A DNA stretch of 64,000 nt from a virus. Where the stretch lies: the IMG/VR virus record IMGVR_UViG_2884379107_000001; one strand, written 5' to 3'. The notes under the pieces are model-generated. The model made no database searches. It saw only the letters and a program-made list of their open reading frames with translations, and was not told the origin of the DNA. Every line of letters begins with the position of its first letter. Position 1 is the first letter of the stretch. The translations under genes were made by a program, and so were the position numbers. This document shows, one piece after another, positions 53,820 to 63,132 of the stretch.

Positions 53820-55175
53820 TTAGTCCTGATGGTCGCCAAATATAGCTTGCATGGGATTAATTAAATCCGGTTCCTGAAGATCCTTGGTGTAGATTTCGGT
53901 AGTCTTGAATCGGCTGTGGCCCAGCATCATCTGGATATCATACATGGTTAGTTTTCCCCCTTGCTGCATCATTCGACGGGCCCGATCCGCAAAACTATGC
54001 CGGGCATTGTGCATCGTCAGCTTATCCGCTAAACCCGCTGCCTGCTTAAGCGGCCTCAGGCTCAGATTCACCTTGCGGTTCCAGTGGACGATGGTGTTGT
54101 AGAGTTTTCGCTTGATGGCAAAGGAAGCGGCCTTGTAGTCATCATAAGTGAGAAGTTTGGCATACACCCCCTGGTTATCCATGTAGGGTAGTAAGTAGTC
54201 GGTCGAACCAGCATCTGCCCTCCACCAGAGCTGAAGTAATTGACGAGCTTCCTCGAAAATGGGCATGTGGACCAGGTGTCCTGTTTTTAACATGCGGTAA
54301 CGCAACTGGGTTGGATGCCCCTCAGCATCCAGCGTAAAATGAGCATAGCGTAACTGGATCACATCCGAAAAACGCATCCCCGCAAACAGGTGAGCCAGCA
54401 TCCAGATCTGGAAAGCCTCCGTAGGGGTGATGCGCCAGTGCCGACTGGTGACCCGTAAGTCCGCCACCTGTTCGATCGTTGTTTCATGGAGTTTAGCCCG
54501 TTGCGTTTTAACTTCTTTCAATCGGATCACATCCGTCCAGGGGGAGAGAAGAAACGCCTGCTTGGGGGAAATGCCCGTTTTAATCAGAATGGCCTGGTGG
54601 AGCACATGCATCCGATCCAGCATCGTGTTGATGGTTAAGCCTACTCGCCGCCCCCCGTATTCCTTCTCAGACCTAACCAGATAGTCCTGATACTGCCGAA
54701 CCAGGACGGGGGTAACCGAGGCTAGGAGTAAGTCGGCCACGGCCCAGGTGCGGAATATATTCGCTGCGCTACGCTTATTGACATAGGTAGAATAGGCCTG
54801 ATCCTGGGCATCGACCAATACTTTATCGATCCACTCGAAGTACAACTCGGGAATACCCGCCCGAAAGCGTTCGGCCAGCAGCAGGGGCGAGAAGATGGCG
54901 GTGGGTTCGGCGGCCTGCCACTTTTCCACCTGATCTTCGACTCGATTGTGTTCGTTTTTGATCCGGGTGTTGAGTCGATCTTTATCGGGGTGTTTAATGA
55001 CCCACTGCCCCCAGGTCTTTTTGGGGTTCCAGCAGGTAGCGGGGGTATCTATTTTCACCTGCGTGAGCACCCGTCCCGGCTTTTGGCCTTTCATGTGCAG
55101 GCGTATACTAACTGTCGAGCGCCCTGTTTTGTCGGGCTTTGGCGACAATTCGATATGGTAAGTAAGTCGTGACAT
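53820..55175 (-). CDS. Tyrosine recombinase/integrase with an N-terminal arm-binding domain
   Basis: GMRFSDV, HNARHSFA, LGHSRFKTTEIY (catalytic R-H-R-H-Y set intact). Confidence 0.92.
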   Translation of the reverse strand: MSRLTYHIELSPKPDKTGRSTVSIRLHMKGQKPGRVLTQVKIDTPATCWNPKKTWGQWVIKHPDKDRLNTRIKNEHNRVEDQVEKWQAAEPTAIFSPLLLAERFRAGIPELYFEWIDKVLVDAQDQAYSTYVNKRSAANIFRTWAVADLLLASVTPVLVRQYQDYLVRSEKEYGGRRVGLTINTMLDRMHVLHQAILIKTGISPKQAFLLSPWTDVIRLKEVKTQRAKLHETTIEQVADLRVTSRHWRITPTEAFQIWMLAHLFAGMRFSDVIQLRYAHFTLDAEGHPTQLRYRMLKTGHLVHMPIFEEARQLLQLWWRADAGSTDYLLPYMDNQGVYAKLLTYDDYKAASFAIKRKLYNTIVHWNRKVNLSLRPLKQAAGLADKLTMHNARHSFADRARRMMQQGGKLTMYDIQMMLGHSRFKTTEIYTKDLQEPDLINPMQAIFGDHQD

Positions 55176-55352
55176 ACTGGGCGTATTAGGTTAAGTAGAT
55201 AAATGGATTCATCTCTGTGTTGGTATAAGTTGAGGGCGTTAAAAAAATAGGGCGGGCTATTCTTAATTTATTTCCTGCGCTCTCGAAGGTAGACAGTACA
55301 TGGGTATACCCAGCTAGTATCGTTACTTCCCATCGGCGGTGTTCTTTGTAGT

Positions 55353-55474
55353 AAAAAAGCCAGCCCCAACGAGACTGGCTTTTGAGACCTCCGTAACTTA
55401 ATGCTATTGCTGCTAAGACGAATTACTGGCAAAGCGTCACATAAAAAATGCCGACTCGAATTGAATCGGCATTT
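55353..55474 (-). terminator. Two tandem terminator-like hairpins upstream of the integrase
   Basis: On the minus strand: AATGCCGA...TCGGCATT-TTTT and AAAAGCCAG...CTGGCTTTTT. Confidence 0.6.
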
Positions 55475-55619
55475 CCAATATATCCATACCGCCATATCCG
55501 TAAAAAGGACATGATTGTATGTAAATAAGAAAATTAAATAACGATTATACTGAAGGTAATCATTGGGCATAGCCTTGGCTTTCCCCGTACATTTGTTGGT
55601 AGAACAGTATCTCAACGCC

Positions 55620-55919
55620 ATGAGCCTTCCAAGGTGGCCAGCTAATTCGCCCATAGCGAAACTGATGCTGGCAGAAGATAAATTACTCCGCCTGACACCC
55701 GAAGCAGAAACTGAAGCGGTCGTTCAACGCTATACCGAGTTTCGGGAATTACTCTGGAATGTAGTAGAATCGTCTCCTGATCCGGCTCCCTTTACGCAGG
55801 CCTGGAATATGATCAACCTGTATGCAAAGGTGGACCTGCTGGATTTTGAGCAGGGCAATAGCGGGGCACTGGCCAGAATGCAGGCGAAGGTAAAGGAAGC
55901 AATTCAACTGTTACCTTAA
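55620..55919 (+). CDS. Hypothetical moron protein
   Basis: Likely start MSLPRWP inside track ORF 55563-55919. Confidence 0.55.
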   Translation: MSLPRWPANSPIAKLMLAEDKLLRLTPEAETEAVVQRYTEFRELLWNVVESSPDPAPFTQAWNMINLYAKVDLLDFEQGNSGALARMQAKVKEAIQLLP

Positions 55920-56062
55920 CAATACTATTTTCTATAAGCTTTTGGGCCGGTCGCTTACTATATGGGCGCCTTACCAATACACTTGGTTATTAGTTTACAC
56001 GTGAATGTATTTGTAGTGAATAATCAGGACAGCCCATATCAACTTGATGTGGGCTGTTTTCT

Positions 56063-56230
56063 TTACTTATCCACTTTCCGAAGCAGTCGACCAATAACCG
56101 TAGCAACTCGCCCCGAATCGAACTGAACTAGCATACTCCCGTTTCGACCCCGTATGCACTTGTCATTGTCTTGCAGCACCGCCGTGCAGAGTTGACCCTT
56201 CAATTCAGGATCGGTCATGCGGTCCCCTAC
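56063..56230 (-). CDS. Small phage protein
   Basis: MKRYTYVGDRMTDPELKGQLCTAV...CIRGRNGSMLVQF. Confidence 0.6.
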   Translation of the reverse strand, partial: VGDRMTDPELKGQLCTAVLQDNDKCIRGRNGSMLVQFDSGRVATVIGRLLRKVDK

Positions 56231-56387
56231 GTAGGTGTAGCGTTTCATCAAAAAATTATTGCTGATAGGTTTACATTCAACTGAATATAAACCTATCAAA
56301 TAGTGATTTTCCTAAATACTTTATCTATTTTGCCGACAACATTTAGCCTTATAGGCATCAACCACACCCTTAATCAATCCCGTTGCC

Positions 56388-56705
56388 ATGAAATCTTTAT
56401 TCACAATTCTGATAATCCTGTGTGCCACTATAGGTTGCTCTAAAAAGGATACTGTCACGGCAAGACCATCTGTTTCCTTTTCGTATGACTATGTTAGCAT
56501 AAGCAATTCGCCAGGTGCAGTGAAATTTTACAATAGCTCGGTTAATGCCACTTCATACTCTTGGGATTTTGGGGATGGGCAGACTTCGACCGAAAAAGAA
56601 CCTGTAAATGTTTACAAAAAAGCAGGGACATATACCGTCAAATTAACTGCCAAGGGACCAGGTGGCGACAATAGTTATTCACAACCTGTAGCCGCCATAC
56701 TATAG
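56388..56705 (+). CDS. PKD-domain lipoprotein moron
   Basis: Lipobox ATIG|C; SYSWDFGDGQTSTEKEPVNVYKKAGTYTVKLT. Confidence 0.9.
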   Translation: MKSLFTILIILCATIGCSKKDTVTARPSVSFSYDYVSISNSPGAVKFYNSSVNATSYSWDFGDGQTSTEKEPVNVYKKAGTYTVKLTAKGPGGDNSYSQPVAAIL

Positions 56706-56950
56706 GACTTTCTTTTCAAACAGGTTGCACAAGTTTCTCCCATTTGTGGTGACCCATAAAAGTCTAAGCGATCTTATGGCCTAAGTGCAGTATAGCGCCA
56801 GCCCTGAAAGCCAGTCTGTGGAACGGGTGTAATCGGGTGCCAGTTAGCCAACACGAACACAAAGGGGACTTTACTGCCAGCATGATAAGGCCAGTCTTTT
56901 GTAGCGCCTACATGTTGGGTATTGATCGGTTTCGTTTGCCATGATTTCAC

Positions 56951-57340
56951 TTAAATGGATAGTATTGGGATTGGCAAAACACCTTCAGGGAAAATCCAGA
57001 ACCAGTAGATGTTGAACCTATCAATCAGTTGGCTTACGGCTGGATAATACTCAACTGCGGTGACCTCCCCACCAAAGATTTCATTTTTGATTTGTTGCAT
57101 CTCTGACCAGTGTTTCAGTATTGAGGTATTATCGTGCTTTTGCACCATTACCCGAATCGCAGGACCGTGGCTCGTTGGCGAGTCGTCATAGACCATCACC
57201 GTGTACCGTGTGTTCCGATAAGCTCTGGTCATACCATCAGGCACATAAGTAGCCTGCGTCAAATCAATCTGTTCAAAGGCAGTAACTGGCTTTTTGAATT
57301 CTTTGAGTGCCGCTTTTTGGCGATGTTTATCTTTATTCAT
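56951..57340 (-). CDS. Conserved phage hypothetical protein (DUF7694-like)
   Basis: HWSEMQQIKNEIFGGEVTAVEYYPAVSQLID. Confidence 0.7.
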   Translation of the reverse strand: MNKDKHRQKAALKEFKKPVTAFEQIDLTQATYVPDGMTRAYRNTRYTVMVYDDSPTSHGPAIRVMVQKHDNTSILKHWSEMQQIKNEIFGGEVTAVEYYPAVSQLIDRFNIYWFWIFPEGVLPIPILSI

Positions 57341-57513
57341 TTGGGCTTCTGTCTTAATAATCGTCTCCGTACTTTCTGTGCTGCCTGCAAATCAACCAGG
57401 CTGATATGACTCTGCCGTCGCATCGTGGGGCTTTTCTCCAGTTGCTCAATACCGATCTGAATCAGGTAGGCGGCAACGGAGTGGCCATCGGGTTTAGGTT
57501 TGGGCTTTCTCAT
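57337..57513 (-). CDS. 58-aa basic protein (below the track cutoff)
   Basis: MRKPKPKPDGHSVAAYLIQIG...RRRLLRQKPK, coupled to both neighbours. Confidence 0.5.
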   Translation of the reverse strand: MRKPKPKPDGHSVAAYLIQIGIEQLEKSPTMRRQSHISLVDLQAAQKVRRRLLRQKPK

Positions 57514-57728
57514 GAAGTCTTTTTCTGGAAAATGAAGAAATCAGCTCTCCACAAATGGGCCTCATGCGGATGGCAAATGATTGGACTAGGCGGGTTGAAC
57601 ACATTGTTTCGAACCTGAGCCCGAACGGGACATTTGAAGTGATCCGATACATAGGACGGCGCATCCGGCTTTATGCCGATGATGGTGACGTACCATTTGC
57701 CGACGTCAACGGTTTTTTGCTTTCTCAT
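57510..57728 (-). CDS. Hypothetical protein
   Basis: 72-aa coupled ORF. Confidence 0.5.
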   Translation of the reverse strand: MRKQKTVDVGKWYVTIIGIKPDAPSYVSDHFKCPVRAQVRNNVFNPPSPIICHPHEAHLWRADFFIFQKKTS

Positions 57729-57781
57729 GATCTATACGATTGAGAATAAGATGGATACAGAACAGGTACGTTTAATATATT

Positions 57782-58207
57782 TTGAGCCATTTTTTTGACA
57801 GTTGGGGATTAGGAAGGCTATCTATGCGAAAACGCACCAACCTCATGATCTCAGAAAGTAGTCCATCACACCTGCTGAAAGAATACATCCAATTCCTTAG
57901 TTACAACCGGGCAATATTTCCCGGCATTAAGCCACGGCCATGGGGCCAGGATTTTAGCCGATCTGAACTGGACTTGATTCAACTCGAGTTGAGCAGGTTG
58001 GTTGATCGGGCCAATGACAAAACCGATCAACTCCTGATTCGAACCTTTAATCGGCTAGGCCAACCGGGCTTTCATTTACACTGGTTTGTCATTCAGTTTC
58101 AAGCTGACATTGTTCGGTTGCTGACCCCATCTATTGACCTATCTACTTTGTATGATCCAGTTTTGGCAGCGGTGTCACTTACGATTGAACAGGTCGAATA
58201 CTTATAG
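57782..58207 (+). CDS. Hypothetical moron protein, opposite strand to the early operon
   Basis: 141-aa ORF with AT-rich upstream sequence; start uncertain. Confidence 0.5.
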   Translation: MSHFFDSWGLGRLSMRKRTNLMISESSPSHLLKEYIQFLSYNRAIFPGIKPRPWGQDFSRSELDLIQLELSRLVDRANDKTDQLLIRTFNRLGQPGFHLHWFVIQFQADIVRLLTPSIDLSTLYDPVLAAVSLTIEQVEYL

Positions 58208-58257
58208 CTCCATCAGTTCAATTTCCGCCAGTTTGTCCGTGGTGATGGTGACGTTGT

Positions 58258-60066
58258 TCATAGCAATGAAGCGACACAACGGGCCACTAACAGTTCCATC
58301 GTTGGGGGTGGGTTGGCGTTACCGATCTGCTTTTGCTTCTCAGACTTATTACCCAGTATGGCATAGTTGACTGGAAAACCCTGCGCTCTGGCCGTTTCGG
58401 CAGGTTGCAGCATACGGAAATAGCAATCGTCAATCTCAGGCTTTCCATCAATCAGGGCAATGCTATCTTTCGTTGGTACGGTCGAACAAACCTCAAACGC
58501 ATGATTCGCCTGCGGCTGGCCATGGTAGGGCATCATGATCAGGCTACTGTGCCCGGTTGTCATGACCGTTTCCATCGGCTCGTTACTGGACTTGGCGCGG
58601 GCCGTCCCATGAATGGGCACAATGAACGACATGGAATTGGGCTGGCCGGTGATCGTAGCCAGGGGCGCATTTGGATCACGCGCGGGCGTCGTTTTCCGAT
58701 TCGTAACAATGAATGAACCCGGTGGCGCAATCAGTATTTCCTGATTGGCCGTTGTCTGGGTGTGGATTACATCGGTAAGTGCCTTCGCTGGCGAACAATC
58801 GCGATTGGCCAGTAAAAAGGGCTGAGGGCTTACCATGGCCAGACTTTCCTGTGTGGTCTGGGTAACCATCGGCTCATCCATACCCCGCATGGTTGGATTC
58901 TTGGCCTTGGTATGGGCCATATTGAACAGAAAGGGTGCAAACAGATAACTACTGTAGCCCGTGGACTGAGCGTTCAATGGATCCGTTTCAGCTCCCCGAA
59001 TTCGGGCCGATGCACTACCCGACTGATTGCGCTGGTCGATGATGGTTGGCCGGATACCGTATTTATCCAGACCGTACTGAATTCGCTTCTGGGTGTTAGG
59101 GCTAAGCGGTTGCATGCCCCGACTGGCCCGATCACCAATCCGAATCATGGGAATACTTAAATCCAGCGCGTTCAGTGCAGCATAGTAAAAGGGAAGAACG
59201 GGCGTAGCACAAACCGAACACCGGTAGGTGTACTGCGTTTTGTATTTGCCTGACCGACGGCCGGGTTTCCACGTCTGAATGGCCTCCACCGTTCCGCAGC
59301 GTGGGCAGGGAGCTTTGGGCCGAATATCCAGATCAGGTTTGCGATTGCCCTTTTTCCAGAATACGATATAAATCCGATCCCGGCTCTGGGGGGCAAACCC
59401 ATTGATGTCTTCGCCATGGGCAAACATGGCATTCAGGTACACGCACTCATGCAGGTAACCCAGTGCATGCATGGCCTTGAGCCACGGATCGAACATGACC
59501 CACATGCGAACATCGACCACATTCTCCGTAATCACAAACTCGTATTTGTGGATTTCGGCAAAGCGGGGAACGTCCCACATGGTAGCCCGCGAACGTACCG
59601 CCGAGGCATCGAACGCCTTATCCTGAAAGATGTCCTGCTGGTGTAGATTCTTGCGCTTTTGTCCCTTGGCCAGTGAATGATTGGTGCATTCGGGCGAAGC
59701 AATCAGGCCCGTCGTTTTCTGATACCGGGCCGGATGGGTTTCGGAAATATCGGCACAATCATGATGCGTGTCGGGGTGGTTGGTATTGTGGCTTTCAATG
59801 GCCAGCTTCCAGTGATTCAGCGCGTACTGAATGTGGGTACCGGCAACGTTGCGGGCTCCCTCGCTGGACCCGCCACAGCCACAGAACATGTCGGTTAATG
59901 TAATCATACTCGTAGTATTTTGAAGGTGAATAGAACTGTGAAGAATCCCGCCCAGATAGGTATATACATTAATGAATAGGTTAAATTTTAGGTCTGCCGG
60001 GTCGGGATTCTTAACGTGGGGAGTATGCGGATCCGGTGGCCCGCGCAGGCGAATGAAGCTGCTCAT
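58258..60066 (-). CDS. DNA cytosine-C5 methyltransferase (start at 60066 or 59907)
   Basis: DMFCGCGG (motif I), SPECTNHS (motif IV variant), ENV (motif VI), QSRDRIY, KQIGNA. Confidence 0.92.
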   Translation of the reverse strand: MSSFIRLRGPPDPHTPHVKNPDPADLKFNLFINVYTYLGGILHSSIHLQNTTSMITLTDMFCGCGGSSEGARNVAGTHIQYALNHWKLAIESHNTNHPDTHHDCADISETHPARYQKTTGLIASPECTNHSLAKGQKRKNLHQQDIFQDKAFDASAVRSRATMWDVPRFAEIHKYEFVITENVVDVRMWVMFDPWLKAMHALGYLHECVYLNAMFAHGEDINGFAPQSRDRIYIVFWKKGNRKPDLDIRPKAPCPRCGTVEAIQTWKPGRRSGKYKTQYTYRCSVCATPVLPFYYAALNALDLSIPMIRIGDRASRGMQPLSPNTQKRIQYGLDKYGIRPTIIDQRNQSGSASARIRGAETDPLNAQSTGYSSYLFAPFLFNMAHTKAKNPTMRGMDEPMVTQTTQESLAMVSPQPFLLANRDCSPAKALTDVIHTQTTANQEILIAPPGSFIVTNRKTTPARDPNAPLATITGQPNSMSFIVPIHGTARAKSSNEPMETVMTTGHSSLIMMPYHGQPQANHAFEVCSTVPTKDSIALIDGKPEIDDCYFRMLQPAETARAQGFPVNYAILGNKSEKQKQIGNANPPPTMELLVARCVASLL

Positions 60067-60530
60067 CGACGTTTCGCTTTTGAGGTCCTGGGCTTGGGTG
60101 GACAGGCAAAACAGGACTGAATAGGCCGTTGCCATATGTTTACACCATCCTCTACGCCAATGTATTTCCAGCCAAATCCAATCATTCGATTGTCATGATG
60201 TTCCTGCTTTTCCAGTGTCGGATTAAGCCGGTACCCACAGGTTTGACAAACACAAACTACCCAGATGTTTCCAGTCGGTTTAGCCTGAAATTTACCACAG
60301 GCATGATACCTCGAATTGTGGTCTGTCTTTGGACTGGAACTCACATCCCACAGTTCACATTTGGAATACTTACTGGCGAACACCCGGAAAAACTGATGCT
60401 GACAGCTGATGCACTTGGTAGCGTCAGGTCCCTCGCCATACACCCGGATCATGGGGTTAGTTTTTGGCTTTTGGAGTTTGGGGAATTTAACGGGCAGGCC
60501 CTGTTCTTCCCCAAATAGGTTGGTGTTCAT
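60063..60530 (-). CDS. Cys-rich zinc-binding hypothetical protein
   Basis: CISC, C-x-C, CQTC and CFAC clusters. Confidence 0.6.
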   Translation of the reverse strand: MNTNLFGEEQGLPVKFPKLQKPKTNPMIRVYGEGPDATKCISCQHQFFRVFASKYSKCELWDVSSSPKTDHNSRYHACGKFQAKPTGNIWVVCVCQTCGYRLNPTLEKQEHHDNRMIGFGWKYIGVEDGVNIWQRPIQSCFACPPKPRTSKAKRR

Positions 60531-63055
60531 GCGGGTAAGAGGTCAAACAGGGTAGGCACCTGACGCTTGTATTCCGATTCACGGTGGTAGGCTACGTTGC
60601 ACCGGAAATAATCCGGATTGAGCTCACAGGAGCGACTCCGCCGGTTCAACAGAATCGCCCGGTTGCCTACCGTACCCAGCCCGCCAAAGGGATCATACAC
60701 CACATCGCCTTCATTGCTCCAGCGGGTAATGGCCCGGTCTACGATGTCGATCTGAAAGGGACAGATGTGTTGCTCCTCCCGATGCTGGGACTGGCGGCTA
60801 TTGAGCGTGTGCATCCGAACCACATCATCCCACACCCCACCCGTACGGGCCGCTACGCGCAGGCTCTCGAACGTAGCGGGCAGTTTACCCCGGCGGTCCA
60901 TTTCGTTAGCCGATTCGACGTGAGCGGCATACTCATAGACGGTCGTTTTAGATCGCTCCATGAATACGGAAGCAATTTTGTCGACCTGCCAGGCGGCTAT
61001 CTCTTCGGGCGTGAGCAACGTGTTGCCCGAAGAGTTCCATTTGGCGCGGGCGTCGATCTGCCAGCGGCCACGGGTATAGACTTCCTTGGATTTGACAACC
61101 GGCTCATCGGCATAGGCTTTGCTGGTATCGCTGGGAAGTTTGCGAAACAACAGCAGGTATTCAGGCGAACCCACCCCCATTTTCGACCCATCTTTACACT
61201 GCTCTGTCCAGCCCAGCCGGTAGGTGCCGTTATTTTCGCGCACCACATCGGTTTCAATGGTGATCATGCCAATAAACTCAAAGCCATGTTTCATAAAGTG
61301 AAACGTAGTCTTCATGTGAAAGGGGTTCACCGTGGGCATACCCGTTCCCGTTACCGAACCAAACAGGATCCGGTCTTTAACGTGAACAGCCGCTATTCGG
61401 CCGGGCTTTAGGACCCGAAGCAGATTGGGCGTCAGAAAATCCATCTGGGCAAAGAAATGATCATCGTTATTGGTGTGTCCCAGATCATTATAGGAGGGCG
61501 TGTATTCGTAATGATTGGAAAAGGGAATGCTGGTCAGAATCAGCCCCACACTGTTTTCTTCCATGCTGGCCGTCTCCAGAATGCAATCGTTATGCACCAC
61601 ACTGAATAGGTCCCCCCTCACCTCCTCCCGTTCCACCCCCATGGAGCGGTTCAATTCCCCCAGCATGGCCGTCTGGGATAAACCAAACTCCTTGACAATG
61701 CCTGTCATGGTCGCTACCAGCTCATCGTGGCGTTGCCATTTGGCTTCGAATTCCCGCCGAACGTGCTCCTCGGCATCGGTATAGATAAAATGGACGTGAC
61801 AGTCGTGGGTCTGGCCATAGCGCTGGATACGATGGACAGCCTGAATGATGTCATTAAATTTGTAGGTGATCCCCAGAAAGATGGCACTGTAACAGTGTTT
61901 CTGAAAGTTGCAGCCCTGTCCGGCAATTGAGGGTTTGGTAGCCAGGATTCGATAATTCCCGTGTTTGAAGTCGATGAGTAGCTTTTCTTTCAGGGCTTCA
62001 TCCTGGGAGCCATAGACAGACTTAAAACTAGTCCAGCCCAGCAGACCCGCCGTTTCTTCCAGCTTTTCGCGCTCCTTTTCCAGATCATGCCAGATCACCC
62101 AACTGGTATCATCCGCTTCCCCATCGACAATGCCGGTAGCCCGCAGTATCCTCGCATCCATACTATCCCGTTTTTCCTTAGCAGAGGACCGCAGATCAAT
62201 GGCCTCATCCCGAACCAGCTTTAACTGGCCATCGCGGTCGACTGCGCTTTCTTCGTTGGGTAACTTGACCAGGTGCCAGTGCCGGTGCAGCTTAGCTAAG
62301 GCAAAGCCCTCATCGGAATAGCCCAGATCGGACGGTTTGGTAATGAACAACGCCCACGAGGAGACCCATAGCCAGAATTCACGCTCTTTATGGGGATGGA
62401 TCGTCAGGTTGTTGGCCTTGGTCGAATCGCGTTTAAAAAAGCGGGTCAGGGCCTGCCCGGTATCCATCACCCCTAAAAATCCGGCGTAATGAATCAGTTC
62501 TTTGTATTTGTTGGGTGAAGGGGTTGCCGTGCAGACGTACCGGAACTGAACGCGTTGAAATTTGGCCAAAAACTCCTGATAGGTTTTCGAGCCGTACGAG
62601 CGCAGCACGCTGGCCTCATCCAGACTGGCAAACACGAAATAATCCGGCCGGATATCCCCATCCCGTACCCGTTCGTAGTTGGTGATGATGATGCGGGTTT
62701 GAGCGGCTTCCACTTCGGCCTGGGTTCGGCAGTAGGTCAGCGAAGTCGACAGCATGTCAGCGGCTTCGTAGAACTCCTGCTTGACGGCCAGCGGGCAAAC
62801 GATAAGGGCTTTGCCTTCGTTTTTGGCCAGACACAGCATGGCCAGTTGCAGCTGAATGATGGTCTTGCCCAGTCCGAAATGCGCAAAGATTGCCCGGCGG
62901 CCACCCTCGGCTCCCCACTGAATGGCATCGGCCTGATAGGGGAAACAAATGGGGTGAATCTCTGACCGGCTGACCGAAAAACCCGCTTTTGGCGTCGGTA
63001 CCATTTTGCCCGACAGAAAGCCCTGATACTCTTTTAGAAACTGATAATTGCTCAT
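60527..63055 (-). CDS. SNF2-like helicase domain fused to an N4/N6 DNA methyltransferase
   Basis: FGLGKT, LDEAS, TATPSPN, AVHRIQRYGQ, then TSIPFSNHY and YDPFGGLGT. Confidence 0.9.
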   Translation of the reverse strand: MSNYQFLKEYQGFLSGKMVPTPKAGFSVSRSEIHPICFPYQADAIQWGAEGGRRAIFAHFGLGKTIIQLQLAMLCLAKNEGKALIVCPLAVKQEFYEAADMLSTSLTYCRTQAEVEAAQTRIIITNYERVRDGDIRPDYFVFASLDEASVLRSYGSKTYQEFLAKFQRVQFRYVCTATPSPNKYKELIHYAGFLGVMDTGQALTRFFKRDSTKANNLTIHPHKEREFWLWVSSWALFITKPSDLGYSDEGFALAKLHRHWHLVKLPNEESAVDRDGQLKLVRDEAIDLRSSAKEKRDSMDARILRATGIVDGEADDTSWVIWHDLEKEREKLEETAGLLGWTSFKSVYGSQDEALKEKLLIDFKHGNYRILATKPSIAGQGCNFQKHCYSAIFLGITYKFNDIIQAVHRIQRYGQTHDCHVHFIYTDAEEHVRREFEAKWQRHDELVATMTGIVKEFGLSQTAMLGELNRSMGVEREEVRGDLFSVVHNDCILETASMEENSVGLILTSIPFSNHYEYTPSYNDLGHTNNDDHFFAQMDFLTPNLLRVLKPGRIAAVHVKDRILFGSVTGTGMPTVNPFHMKTTFHFMKHGFEFIGMITIETDVVRENNGTYRLGWTEQCKDGSKMGVGSPEYLLLFRKLPSDTSKAYADEPVVKSKEVYTRGRWQIDARAKWNSSGNTLLTPEEIAAWQVDKIASVFMERSKTTVYEYAAHVESANEMDRRGKLPATFESLRVAARTGGVWDDVVRMHTLNSRQSQHREEQHICPFQIDIVDRAITRWSNEGDVVYDPFGGLGTVGNRAILLNRRSRSCELNPDYFRCNVAYHRESEYKRQVPTLFDLLPA

Positions 63056-63132
63056 GTGGGTGACAGTTTAGAATGAGCGCTCCCAAAGCGGGCGTTGGCC
63101 GCTGAAAAGGGGCTAGCATGTGAGAATTGAGG

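Noticed and set aside
55268-55654. 128-aa minus-strand ORF upstream of the integrase (excisionase?)
   Set aside because: It crosses two terminator hairpins and overlaps a plus-strand gene, with no HTH pattern.
56774-56943. Possible small gene (KPINTQHVGATKDWPYHAG...)
   Set aside because: The nearest ATG is out of frame; it may be a remnant but cannot be supported.
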